From a virus, in the IMG/VR virus record IMGVR_UViG_3300001199_000019, positions 1 through 42,157 of that record: a DNA stretch of 42,157 nucleotides; one strand, given 5' to 3'. Each line of letters starts with the position of its first letter. Position 1 is the first letter of the stretch. Shown here in pieces: positions 1-8,692 of the stretch. Made by a program: the position numbers and the translations under genes. The notes beneath the pieces were generated by a model. It was given only the letters and a program-made list of their open reading frames with translations. It made no database searches and had not been told where the DNA came from.

Positions 1-79
1 GCGGCCGTTACAGCTTCCACGGCGCGACCCATATCGGGATACTGCTACAGTCAACACCCTTGAACGGGGCGTCCCCAGC
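1..79. repeat. terminal overlap, copy 1 (identical to 42079..42157)
   Basis: Base-by-base identity read directly. It lies inside the recombinase ORF. Confidence 0.95.
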
Positions 80-143
80 CGGTTCCGTCGAACAAGGGCG
101 TTTAATCCTGCCATTTTCAGGACCGCTGGATCTAGCGGCCTAA
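1..143 (+). CDS. large serine recombinase, C-terminal tail (continuation of 40506..42157 across the circular junction)
   Basis: The frame of 40506..42157 continues in phase (codons start at 3, 6, 9...) to TAA at 141..143. Confidence 0.8.
   Translation, partial: GRYSFHGATHIGILLQSTPLNGASPAGSVEQGRLILPFSGPLDLAA
123..138. repeat. 16-bp near-perfect palindrome CCGCTGGA/TCTAGCGG
   Basis: Read directly. It sits at the convergence point of the recombinase 3' end and the last late gene. Confidence 0.6.
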
Positions 144-156
144 TATACCCAGTTTT

Positions 157-393
157 TCAGTCGCCGGTGCCGCGGCTGGACGGGGTTTTGCATTTCACCA
201 CGCCGACGCCGTGGCGGGTTGCGACCTCCAGCTCGGCCGAGGGGCCGCAGCCGAGGGCCAGCGCCAGGCTCTGCGTCTCGCGCTCAAGCTGTTTGCCGGC
301 GTGCCAGACCAGCACGCCGGCAAACGCTGCGGGCAGCGTGATCGCAACGCCCAGAGCGGCACCGACGAGCAGGGAGCGGAGATCGAGGGTCAC
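157..393 (-). CDS. small single-pass membrane protein (lysis-accessory candidate)
   Basis: 78 codons. The GTG start overlaps the upstream stop (GTGA). Hydrophobic helix LLVGAALGVAITLPAAFAGVLVW. Last gene of the late operon. Confidence 0.35.
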   Translation of the reverse strand: MTLDLRSLLVGAALGVAITLPAAFAGVLVWHAGKQLERETQSLALALGCGPSAELEVATRHGVGVVKCKTPSSRGTGD

Positions 394-635
394 CCGGCCC
401 ACCCCTCCAACTGCACGTGGTCTTGAAAACCGCATCCGTGTTCGCAGGCGAATTGCCGGTCGACGGTGCCGTCAGGCGCGACGGTATGCCGGGGCGGTTC
501 GAGCAGGCCGATGCGCCCACATCCCGGGCAACTCATGCCGGCGATGAGTTGGCCCTGTATGCGCACCGGCCACCAGCGGCCGCTGTGGCGATCGCTGGCG
601 CTGGTGGAGCGAAACAGGATTACCGGGACGGTCAC
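390..635 (-). CDS. small Cys-rich protein, unknown function
   Basis: 81 aa. The GTG at 635 overlaps the holin-like stop (GTGA). Paired cysteines CPGC and CEHGC. Confidence 0.35.
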   Translation of the reverse strand: MTVPVILFRSTSASDRHSGRWWPVRIQGQLIAGMSCPGCGRIGLLEPPRHTVAPDGTVDRQFACEHGCGFQDHVQLEGWAG

Positions 636-1216
636 GCAGTCTTCGGCGCTGCTTGTTTGTTGCGAGTACCAAACCACCACAGCACACAGGTCGTCGTGAG
701 ATAAAGCACCGTGGCGACGATCATTTTCACCAAGTCGAACGCCTGTGTAGTGGTCAGGCCGGCCCCGATAAGACTGGTGGCATGGAGATACATCAGCGTA
801 GTGAGCCAGCAGAGATATGTCGTCAGCCCCGGGCGCACGAGGCCGCGGAACACGTCCACCAGCCCGAGCAGGAAGCGCATAAGTTGGCCCCACCCGCCCC
901 TGAGCTTGTCGATGGCACCGATGGAATAGGTCGCCTTGTCGTGCTGGAACGATTGCGCGAACGCAGCCGATTCAGCAGTGTCCATAGCCGCGCCCGCCTC
1001 GACCTCGGCCACGCGGGTTCGGCCCGCCCACTCTTTCTCCATGATGACGGCGTCCTTGTCACGCTTGGAGAGTTCAAAGTCCTGCTGTTGCTTCTCGCGT
1101 TGCAGGTCGAGTTGCTTGTTCTTGTAATCTGCCCACCGCTGAGCCACAACACCGATCAGCCCAGTCGCGCCGCCGGCAAGGACGGAAGAAACGATCGTAC
1201 CGATGAAATCAAGCAT
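632..1216 (-). CDS. holin-like membrane protein (3-TM, GTA-type holin architecture)
   Basis: 194 aa. One N-terminal TM segment, a charged central region, and two C-terminal TM segments. Adjacent to wall-hydrolase candidates. Confidence 0.5.
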   Translation of the reverse strand: MLDFIGTIVSSVLAGGATGLIGVVAQRWADYKNKQLDLQREKQQQDFELSKRDKDAVIMEKEWAGRTRVAEVEAGAAMDTAESAAFAQSFQHDKATYSIGAIDKLRGGWGQLMRFLLGLVDVFRGLVRPGLTTYLCWLTTLMYLHATSLIGAGLTTTQAFDLVKMIVATVLYLTTTCVLWWFGTRNKQAAPKTA

Positions 1217-1631
1217 ATCGAACCTCCAAAATAAACGGACGATGGTTCATGGCTTCCTCGAAGCGGCGCACGGCGGGCGCAGAGAGCAGCACCGCCTTCT
1301 GCATGTCTAGCCACCCCAACCGCTCGCCAAGCGCGATGCAGCCGTTGAGCTGGGACTTGTAGCCGAGCGCGGCATCACCCATCAGGTTCGCGGAATGCTT
1401 GCGGATGCCACTGCGCCCGACGACGCCGTCCACCAGGTACATGAACCGCCGGAAGCGCGGCGACCAGGTCCATTCAACGCGATAGAAACCTTCGGGGATG
1501 CAGGAGATCGATGGCCGGTTCTCCCGCCACGGCAGTTCGCCGGTAAGAAGGGTAATGCCGGGGCCGACGATGCGGCCGAACGTGCCCTGGTCGGAACTAT
1601 CGAGGCGCGTCAGGATCGCGTCGGTTCGCAC
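1209..1631 (-). CDS. DUF5675-like protein (candidate cell-wall enzyme)
   Basis: 140 aa with GTFGRI, ELPWRENRPSISCIPEGFY, SGIRKHSAN and NGCIALG blocks, which are typical of DUF5675 phage proteins. Confidence 0.55.
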   Translation of the reverse strand: MRTDAILTRLDSSDQGTFGRIVGPGITLLTGELPWRENRPSISCIPEGFYRVEWTWSPRFRRFMYLVDGVVGRSGIRKHSANLMGDAALGYKSQLNGCIALGERLGWLDMQKAVLLSAPAVRRFEEAMNHRPFILEVRYA

Positions 1632-1632
1632 G

Positions 1633-2163
1633 TCATGCTATCCGATCAAGCCTTGCCTTCGGCACCATCCCCAGCGCGCGCACGACGTCGCCCGGCGAGG
1701 CGATGGACGGCAGGGTGTGGCGCGGCTGCCAGCGACAATAGAGATAGGCCCGCGCCGAGAAGGCGCTGCACACCATCTGGTCGTCGTCCTGCGCCGGCGG
1801 CGGGATGCCGAGCAGGCGGTGGGCGGCGATGCGCGCCAGGTCGCGCACGTCGTAGTCGATCTTGCTGCGCAGCCGTTCTAGCAGCCAGGCGCGCAGGCCG
1901 TCCCGGTCCACCTCCGGCGGGCAATCGAACACGTCGAAGTCCTCGTTCGCACGCTGCGACAGCGGCACCAGCACGTTCCCGCCCGAGCGCATCTCGGCGA
2001 TCCACAACCCGCCTTCGAGCCACAGCGCGAGCGCGGTATGGGTGTAGGGCGAGCCGGTGACGAGGCGCGTGAGGTTCGGGAATACACCGTGGCGCGAGCG
2101 CACTGCCACCAGGTCGCCGTCGGCGACGTGCGGGCGGATCTCGGGGTAAGTGCCGGCGATCAT
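1633..2163 (-). CDS. permuted papain / NlpC-P60 (YiiX-like) hydrolase candidate
   Basis: 176 aa. A His block (SPYTHTALAL) precedes a Cys block (QMVCSAFS), and GDLVAVRS lies near the N-terminus. The ATG at 2163 avoids overlap with the upstream gene. Confidence 0.4.
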   Translation of the reverse strand: MIAGTYPEIRPHVADGDLVAVRSRHGVFPNLTRLVTGSPYTHTALALWLEGGLWIAEMRSGGNVLVPLSQRANEDFDVFDCPPEVDRDGLRAWLLERLRSKIDYDVRDLARIAAHRLLGIPPPAQDDDQMVCSAFSARAYLYCRWQPRHTLPSIASPGDVVRALGMVPKARLDRIA

Positions 2164-2194
2164 GGCTTCCGCGACTCGGAAAATTGCAGGACGA

Positions 2195-2578
2195 TCACAA
2201 TGTCGCTGCCAACCGGAACAAGTCATCAAGTTGCGTCTCGGTCAGCCCGAGCGCGGGAGCGATTGCCTGTACGAGAGCCTTGTCACGCTCCACCGTGCTC
2301 GAATACTCCCACTCGATTTGCGCAGCCTGTCCTGCGCCGGCTACCGCCGACTCGACCTGTGACAGCATACCTTGCTGCAACAAAGCCAAGCGTGCCTGAC
2401 GCATTGTGATGACGCTCGGAGCAGGGGGCGTAATTGCCACCCAAGTTTGCCCGCCATCGAGGGTGACATGCCACCTATCAGGTGGCTTAGATACGCACTC
2501 GATAAAACTATCCGGGTCATCAGGAAGGAATTCGGATGAGTGGCTGAAATGCCCATCGAGTGTTGCGTAGTGTTTCAT
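2195..2578 (-). CDS. tail fibre assembly/chaperone-like protein
   Basis: 127 aa ORF directly downstream of the fibre gene. The call is by position only. Confidence 0.4.
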   Translation of the reverse strand: MKHYATLDGHFSHSSEFLPDDPDSFIECVSKPPDRWHVTLDGGQTWVAITPPAPSVITMRQARLALLQQGMLSQVESAVAGAGQAAQIEWEYSSTVERDKALVQAIAPALGLTETQLDDLFRLAATL

Positions 2579-2587
2579 TTGTTGTCC

Positions 2588-3454
2588 TTATGCCGTTGCC
2601 GGAACCCAGGAGATTTGGCTGGTATTCAGTGTCCCTGACGTTGTTACCTTCCAGTAATCACCACTACGGACAGGGAAAGTAATTGCGCCGTTAAGGTTAT
2701 ACGTGGCGTCGTATTGTGTATTGGCGGCTCGTTGCGTAGTCGGTGGATTGGAAGAATCCGTATAGCCGAGTAAGCCGCCCAACGTTCCGGCTACTTGGTA
2801 GGTAGCTACCACAAACCCGTCCGTGCTGGCTTGATACACGGTGTCAATAGTTTTCGATGCCCACGCCTGTAGTGCAAATGCGGTGGAAACAACAACCGCC
2901 GTCCCATCGGCCTTGATGATGAAAGCGTACTTAGTCGTGCCGTCGTAGTAGCACATCACCATGTCACCGGCAGCAAGTGTCTTGTCCACGCCACCGCTAT
3001 TCAGCTTGAGGTTCGTGGCGTGATACGTCAGCGGCCAGGCGGCATCTGCGATGAGCCAAACCACCTGACCACTGTTCATGGTCAAGCCAGTCGTGAGGGT
3101 CGTGCCGGTGATGTGGACGAGATTGCCGGTGGCAGCGGTCAGGTCAACCGTCGTGGCGCTGGCGATGTTCGCGCCTTTAAAAAACGTGAGCAGCCCCGTG
3201 AGCGTTCCACCGGAAAGCGCGAGCAGTCCGAGGTTTGTACTCGCCAGCGTCCCCACCGTGACCCACGCGCTGTTCGCCGCGTTGCGAATCTTGAGCAGGC
3301 CGGTGGTCGTGTCGGCCCACCATTGATAAGCGTAGGTCGTGGGTGGCGCGGTCGCGCCGCTGTTCTGACTAACGATAGCGAGCAAGGCGTTGTTCAGATC
3401 GGCGCGAAACGCGGCCCCCGCCGCATTGTCTAGGACGTGGTCATGCTGTGCCAT
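2588..3454 (-). CDS. tail fibre protein
   Basis: 288 aa. The N-terminal block LDNAAGAAFRADLNNAL...YQWWADTTTGLLKIRNAANSAWV is common in phage fibres. The C-terminal half is Gly/Thr/Ala-rich. Confidence 0.6.
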   Translation of the reverse strand: MAQHDHVLDNAAGAAFRADLNNALLAIVSQNSGATAPPTTYAYQWWADTTTGLLKIRNAANSAWVTVGTLASTNLGLLALSGGTLTGLLTFFKGANIASATTVDLTAATGNLVHITGTTLTTGLTMNSGQVVWLIADAAWPLTYHATNLKLNSGGVDKTLAAGDMVMCYYDGTTKYAFIIKADGTAVVVSTAFALQAWASKTIDTVYQASTDGFVVATYQVAGTLGGLLGYTDSSNPPTTQRAANTQYDATYNLNGAITFPVRSGDYWKVTTSGTLNTSQISWVPATA

Positions 3455-3843
3455 CAGCGCACCCTCGCTATGAACTGCCGAACCATTTCAGCCGTAGCAT
3501 CGGAACGACCCTCAAGGAAATCCATCGTGCCGATGTAATAATCCAGCCAAACTAATGTTTCCGGTGGCAACGAAACTCTCTGCGCGTGTAACGCGATCAA
3601 ACCGAGTGCGATGGCATTGAGCGCCATCGGCGGTTGATCGCGCGTGACCTTGTCGTCGCGCAGTGGCAGAAACGTCTTGCGCGTGCGGTCCCATCGGTAC
3701 TTGCCGGGCGATAGATCGCATCCGTCCTGCAACACAACATGCCCCGGCGTTACATCTGCGGCGTCGATTTCCTCGGTACCGTGATACACGTCATGTGCAT
3801 CGAGCTTTGCGACGATGAGCTTCTTGTTTGCCTTCTTTACCAT
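3454..3843 (-). CDS. hypothetical protein between J and fibre
   Basis: 129 aa ORF. It has a 1-nt stop/start overlap with the fibre gene. Confidence 0.5.
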   Translation of the reverse strand: MVKKANKKLIVAKLDAHDVYHGTEEIDAADVTPGHVVLQDGCDLSPGKYRWDRTRKTFLPLRDDKVTRDQPPMALNAIALGLIALHAQRVSLPPETLVWLDYYIGTMDFLEGRSDATAEMVRQFIARVR

Positions 3844-3855
3844 TAGCGTTCTCCG

Positions 3856-6800
3856 TTAAACGGGTTCTTTCACATGCAGCGTGAGCGCGGACACGGAAAT
3901 GTTGTGGTTCGGGTTGCCGCTTACGAAATCGAGCTTGAATTTCGCGGCACGGCAGGTGAAATCGGCGACGAAGAACGGCGTCCATGCACCCCAGGTCGGC
4001 GCGCCCGCCGGGTCGTCGTCGGTCGTGGCGGCGTACAGCGTCACGTCGCAGTCGTTGATGACGTTGCCGTCGATTAAGCCCCAGTCGTCGATGTTCTCGG
4101 TCTTGGAGTCAATCAGATCGCCGGTGTCGAACGACAGCGCCGTGAGGTCGGACTCGAAGCGGCGTGTTGCCACCGAACCCATATCCAGATAGGTGTCGAA
4201 GGCATAGCTCCCGGTTGCGGAAATGCCACCGAGAGAGTCAATGAACGGCCAGTCATCGATGTTCGTCGCCATCGAATCGATCAGCGTGGTGCCATCAAGC
4301 TGAATCGCGCTGCCAACCTTGGCGACGTTGGTTTTAGCACCGGTAAAACCGGCCGCCTGCGTGCTGGTGGCGACGGTCGTGAAGCCCGTAACCATGCCCT
4401 CGGTCGCCACAAAACTGACGGCGTTGGCCGAGTAGTTGCCGCTCGAATCCAGCGCCTTGAGCATGTAGGTGCCGGTGATCAGCGGCACCTGCCCGTTCAC
4501 GGCGTTGCCGTCGAACTCGTCGAGAATGACGCCGTCGTTCCACGTCGCGCCGCTGGTCAACGGCGAGTGCCGGACGATGATCCGGCCGCCGATGCGCACG
4601 TCCAGATCGTCGTGCAGGTTCCATCCCGCTTGCGCCACGCCACCGACCTTGCTGACCGAGAAGCCGGTTAAATCGGCGGGATCGGCGGCCAACCCCTGCA
4701 GTTGGATCGTCGCGTAAGGCGCGTTTTGCAGTTTGGTGCGTTCACCGATCTGATTGATGGTGAGCACCGCGACCTTGTGCTGGCCGATCTGAGTCAGATT
4801 CGGGACGTTATAAAAATTTTCCGTGGTCGTGCCGGCAAAGCGCCACACCGAAGCATCGTGATACCAGACATCGAACCCGGCGACGAAATCGCTGCCGGGC
4901 CGTGTCCAACGCACGTCGATGGACGTCACCACCGTCGTCGGGTTCACGACCACCAGACGCTCGGACAGGATGATCCCCGTGACCGGCGGCAGCGGATCCA
5001 ACGCCGAGTAATTGGCCGTCGGCAGCACCGGCTGGTCGGTGTCCACGTTGTAGATGCTCGCGTTGTACTCGACGAGCGACAGCGTCGCGGCCTGGTCCGA
5101 CTTGCGCTGGATACCGATGACCAGGAACGGCTTGGTCTCGATGGTTGCCTCGCCGAAGGCGTACACGTCGTATTGCGCCGGCGTTGCCGAATACGGCGTC
5201 GAGACGTTCAGCACCGTGTAGCTGCCGGGCGTATTCGTCACCGTGCGCGTGACGATGGTATCGTCCGACAACCGCACCATGACCTCGTAGGTCTTGCCGG
5301 ACTCGATGGTTACGGTCTTGTCCAGGGTGACGCTCGTGCTTGTGGCCGACACCAGCCGCCCGCCCTCGCCCCACTGCGGCACGTCGTGTTGGACGTACAC
5401 CAGGTCGCCGACGGTGCAGGCGAGCGAATCCACGTCCACGTCCAGTTCGCAGGTGCGGGTGATGTACTGGTTGCGGTACAGCCGGTACATCGCCTCGCGC
5501 CACGCCTGGGACGCACGGGTCACGCCGAACAGTTGCAGGTTGACCTTGTTGACCGTGCTGTCGATGCTGGTATTGATGACCGTGAGCTTGTCGCGCTCGT
5601 AGTCGCGGTCCTCGCTGGTGAAATCCACCTCGATCTCGGAGGCGCGTTCCACCATCGGCAGGAACGTCTCGCGGAACTTGTCGGCGCCGATATTGCCGAC
5701 GCTAAAGAGCTGCGCCGCCGTGCTGCGGGCGGCGTCGTGCACGACCGTCAGGTTGATGCCGTTCCAGACGAGAATCGCGCGGGCGCTGGCGCAGACCTTG
5801 AGCGCGGCTTCCCACATCGTCGTTTCGGAATCGAACCCGCCGTCGAACAGGCAGCGTTTCTCGGTGCCGCCGGCGCCGTCCGGCACCAGACCGTCGCACC
5901 AGTCGGCCCAGGCTTTGAAGGCCGTGGTATCGAGCCGCGTCGGGGCTATGCCGTCGAACCGGATCACGCCGTCGTGCGTGGCGCCGGCGCGGCAGGTCCA
6001 CACCACCGTGCCATCGGCCACGGTATTGCCCACCGTGGTCGGCCACGTCGGCTCGCTGGCGGCCGTGGTGCCGGCGGTGGTGCATTCGTAGAGCTTGCCG
6101 TTGCCGGTGGTGGGCCGGATAGTCGTTCCAGCACTGACCACCGTGGCAACGCGCCAGGGATCGTAAAACACCGGCTGCGTCAGCACGTCGTAACAAACCC
6201 ACGCGGGGTTGTTGGACAGGCCGATCGGCCACGCCGACCCGGTATAGCTGCGCACCAACGCGGCTTCGACCAGGCACGAGAATTTCAGCGAGCCGGAAAT
6301 CTGGTCCGTCGCCAAGGCACGCACTGCGGCCAGCACCGTGCGCGGATACTGGAAGTCGTCGTACAACACTTCGGTCACGCCGCTCAGGTACAGGTCGTCG
6401 CCGTAGCGCGAGCTGGTCTGGTCGGCGGTGTTGTTTGTGACGCGCACGTCATACTTGCCATGCGCCAGGTTGTCGGCGCGAAAAACCCGCCGCAGCGACT
6501 GCTGCTGCGCGGCGGTGATCGTGGCGTAGTCCACGGTCGAGACGACGGTCCTGACGGTCGTGGCGTCCGCGATCCAGCGCCAATAGTCGCCGTCCGTGCC
6601 GTAGGCTTCGCCGTCGGTGTGCGCGTAGGCGTCGGTCGAACCCGCCGCCGCTTCCTGCCAAGAATCGGCGCCATCCGACCCGCCGAGCCAGCGGCCGGCG
6701 CTCCACCGGCTGGTGTAGACCGTTTCGGTCGATGTGACCGTGGACGTCGTCAGCGTCTTCCAGCTCGGGTCGCCCTGTTTCTTGTACTCAACCTTGACGC

Positions 6801-7713
6801 TGACGGAATAGTTATCCAGCCCGCCGTTGTCGTTCGCGTACCAGAGCCCGTTCGGGAACAGAATCTCGACTTCCAGCGCGTCGAAGGCGTTGCCGGTCGT
6901 GGCGTAGGTATAGGGCACGCCGTTGACGACTTTTACACTCGGCTGGTAGGCCGCCTTGGTGTCGTTGAACGCCGGGATCACGGACTGGTCCATGTTCCCG
7001 AGCCGCGTTTCAACCGTCACGCCCTGGTAGTTCTCTATCGGCTGGTCGTTGACCTTGAAATCGTATAGCCGCTTGTACGGCCCGAGGCCCAAATCAACCA
7101 GCGCGTTCAGGTACTGTTTGGTCCCGTCGCTCTCGATGTAGGCCGAGATGATGTTGCCGTAGAGCTTGTGCGTGCCGTAGAAGCGCGGCACGACCAGCCC
7201 CTGCTGCTGCGTCGTTAGCGGATTCCACGCATAGGTCTGGCTGGTGTCGAAATCCGACGTGTCCGTCGTTGGCAGCTTCGGCTTCGGCGGCGGCAGCAGC
7301 GAGTTGATGACAAGGCCACCGACCATCGCAATGCCGGCGGTGAGCATTGCGGCCTGGAAGGCGGTAAACGTGCCGCCCATGAACATCATCGCTTCGCCGG
7401 CCAAATACGGCGCGGCCACGACCAGCGCGATCATGGCGACGGTGCGCAGAATATTCTTCTCGCCACCATCGCCGCCGCCGTCATGCACCTGCGGGACCAT
7501 CAACACCTGGTCGCCGGCGCGCAGCGTCACGAGGTCAAGCTGTTCGGTGGAAATCACCGCGCCGTTCAGGCTGACCACCACCGGCAGGCTGGCGGGAAAA
7601 TATTGCGCCCGCAGAAGTCCCAGCGACAACTCGGACCGGTACGGAAGTGTGGACACGTCCCGCTCCCGCCGGTCGAACGGGTTGCGGACGACGACGAGGC
7701 TCAGTTCTCCCAT
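3856..7713 (-). CDS. fused tail assembly I-like / host specificity J-like protein
   Basis: About 1285 aa. The N-terminal ~190 aa look like lambda gpI (ubiquitin-like start, hydrophobic Gly/Ala-rich segment, PPPKPKLP, YAWNPLTTQQQGLVVPRFYG) and run without a stop into a J-sized body. ATG at 7713; an alternative GTG lies at 7743. Confidence 0.85.
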   Translation of the reverse strand: MGELSLVVVRNPFDRRERDVSTLPYRSELSLGLLRAQYFPASLPVVVSLNGAVISTEQLDLVTLRAGDQVLMVPQVHDGGGDGGEKNILRTVAMIALVVAAPYLAGEAMMFMGGTFTAFQAAMLTAGIAMVGGLVINSLLPPPKPKLPTTDTSDFDTSQTYAWNPLTTQQQGLVVPRFYGTHKLYGNIISAYIESDGTKQYLNALVDLGLGPYKRLYDFKVNDQPIENYQGVTVETRLGNMDQSVIPAFNDTKAAYQPSVKVVNGVPYTYATTGNAFDALEVEILFPNGLWYANDNGGLDNYSVSVKVEYKKQGDPSWKTLTTSTVTSTETVYTSRWSAGRWLGGSDGADSWQEAAAGSTDAYAHTDGEAYGTDGDYWRWIADATTVRTVVSTVDYATITAAQQQSLRRVFRADNLAHGKYDVRVTNNTADQTSSRYGDDLYLSGVTEVLYDDFQYPRTVLAAVRALATDQISGSLKFSCLVEAALVRSYTGSAWPIGLSNNPAWVCYDVLTQPVFYDPWRVATVVSAGTTIRPTTGNGKLYECTTAGTTAASEPTWPTTVGNTVADGTVVWTCRAGATHDGVIRFDGIAPTRLDTTAFKAWADWCDGLVPDGAGGTEKRCLFDGGFDSETTMWEAALKVCASARAILVWNGINLTVVHDAARSTAAQLFSVGNIGADKFRETFLPMVERASEIEVDFTSEDRDYERDKLTVINTSIDSTVNKVNLQLFGVTRASQAWREAMYRLYRNQYITRTCELDVDVDSLACTVGDLVYVQHDVPQWGEGGRLVSATSTSVTLDKTVTIESGKTYEVMVRLSDDTIVTRTVTNTPGSYTVLNVSTPYSATPAQYDVYAFGEATIETKPFLVIGIQRKSDQAATLSLVEYNASIYNVDTDQPVLPTANYSALDPLPPVTGIILSERLVVVNPTTVVTSIDVRWTRPGSDFVAGFDVWYHDASVWRFAGTTTENFYNVPNLTQIGQHKVAVLTINQIGERTKLQNAPYATIQLQGLAADPADLTGFSVSKVGGVAQAGWNLHDDLDVRIGGRIIVRHSPLTSGATWNDGVILDEFDGNAVNGQVPLITGTYMLKALDSSGNYSANAVSFVATEGMVTGFTTVATSTQAAGFTGAKTNVAKVGSAIQLDGTTLIDSMATNIDDWPFIDSLGGISATGSYAFDTYLDMGSVATRRFESDLTALSFDTGDLIDSKTENIDDWGLIDGNVINDCDVTLYAATTDDDPAGAPTWGAWTPFFVADFTCRAAKFKLDFVSGNPNHNISVSALTLHVKEPV

Positions 7714-8081
7714 CGGTAAAACCCCCGTATTCTCGGCGTCCACTCCGGCGCGTCCAGCCGCTCGGCGGTCACGCTGGTTTTTTCCATGATGTGGATGAAC
7801 CGGCGGCAGTCATCGAGCACCACGCCGACGTGCGACACGAAGCGCGGGTGGATGGCGAACGTGACCACGCACCACGGCGCTGGTTCGATCAGGGGCGTGA
7901 ACAGTCCGCGTCCCTGCATCACCATCTGGTGAATCAGACTCTTGTCGGTCGTGGACAGATACTCGGGCAGGTCAATGCCGCGATCGGCGTGGATCGCCTT
8001 CACCAACCCGTAACAGTCGTACACGTCCGGCCCGCGCCCGCCGTAAGCGAAGCCCTTGCCGAGATATTTGTTTAAGCTCAT
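7701..8081 (-). CDS. tail assembly K-like NlpC/P60 peptidase
   Basis: 126 aa. Catalytic-type Cys (DVYDCYGLV) and His (FVSHVGVV). ATGA overlap with the L stop. Same position as lambda K. Confidence 0.8.
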   Translation of the reverse strand: MSLNKYLGKGFAYGGRGPDVYDCYGLVKAIHADRGIDLPEYLSTTDKSLIHQMVMQGRGLFTPLIEPAPWCVVTFAIHPRFVSHVGVVLDDCRRFIHIMEKTSVTAERLDAPEWTPRIRGFYRWEN

Positions 8082-8689
8082 GCAAGGCGTATCCCCGTGC
8101 TGGAGAGTCCGGGACGCCCGCCGAAGCGGGCGGAATTGCTGTGCGCCTGACAATCCGCCAGCGTGCGCTTGCAGGTGGCGAGCGCGCCGGTGTAGTTGCA
8201 CTCCCGGCCCTTGTAGGTCCAGTTGCAGTGATTGGCGATGGCGCGATACAGCGGGTACCGGCGCCGCAGCGGGTTCGGCGCACCCAGGGTGAACGTGACC
8301 CACTGGCTGTCCGATTGGCACGCCAGCACATCGAACGTCATCTCAAGCTCGGCGTAACTCTCCGCGAGCAGCGCGGAATTGACGACGATGATCTTGACCG
8401 TGAACCCGACGCCGCCGTTGTATTGCTCGATATACGCCTGCAACAGCCGCGTAACGTTGGATACGCGCAGTTGAACCTGCGGGATCTCTCCCTGGCCGCT
8501 CGACTTGGTAGAGTCAATATCGAACGGAAACGCCAAGTAGTTATTGGCCTGAAACGGGACGTCCACGTTGTTCCGCGCCAGGCGAATGACCGTCGCGTTC
8601 GGCAGCGTGATCTCGACCAGCACCAGCCACGCGCTGGTCGTGGCGAGCTTGTTCTTTTCGAGAATGAGATTTGCCGGCAGCGTCTTCAT
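8078..8689 (-). CDS. minor tail protein L-like
   Basis: 203 aa. C-terminal Cys cluster CNWTYKGRECNYTG..C..C and FGGRPG. Located between M and K. Confidence 0.8.
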   Translation of the reverse strand: MKTLPANLILEKNKLATTSAWLVLVEITLPNATVIRLARNNVDVPFQANNYLAFPFDIDSTKSSGQGEIPQVQLRVSNVTRLLQAYIEQYNGGVGFTVKIIVVNSALLAESYAELEMTFDVLACQSDSQWVTFTLGAPNPLRRRYPLYRAIANHCNWTYKGRECNYTGALATCKRTLADCQAHSNSARFGGRPGLSSTGIRLA

Positions 8690-8692
8690 GTG

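Noticed and set aside
1-79. Terminal 79-nt repeat considered as att sites, LTR-like ends or physical direct terminal repeats.
   Set aside because: The repeat lies inside the recombinase ORF, and the reading frame continues seamlessly across the junction. An assembly overlap of a circular or circularly permuted molecule is the simpler reading, but read-terminus data are needed to exclude a true repeat.
4702-7068. 788-aa ORF on the plus strand, antisense to the J-like gene.
   Set aside because: The translation is Arg/Gly/Val/His-rich low-complexity sequence with no recognisable domain, and it lies fully inside a well-supported J-like gene. Such long antisense ORFs are typical artefacts of GC-rich DNA.
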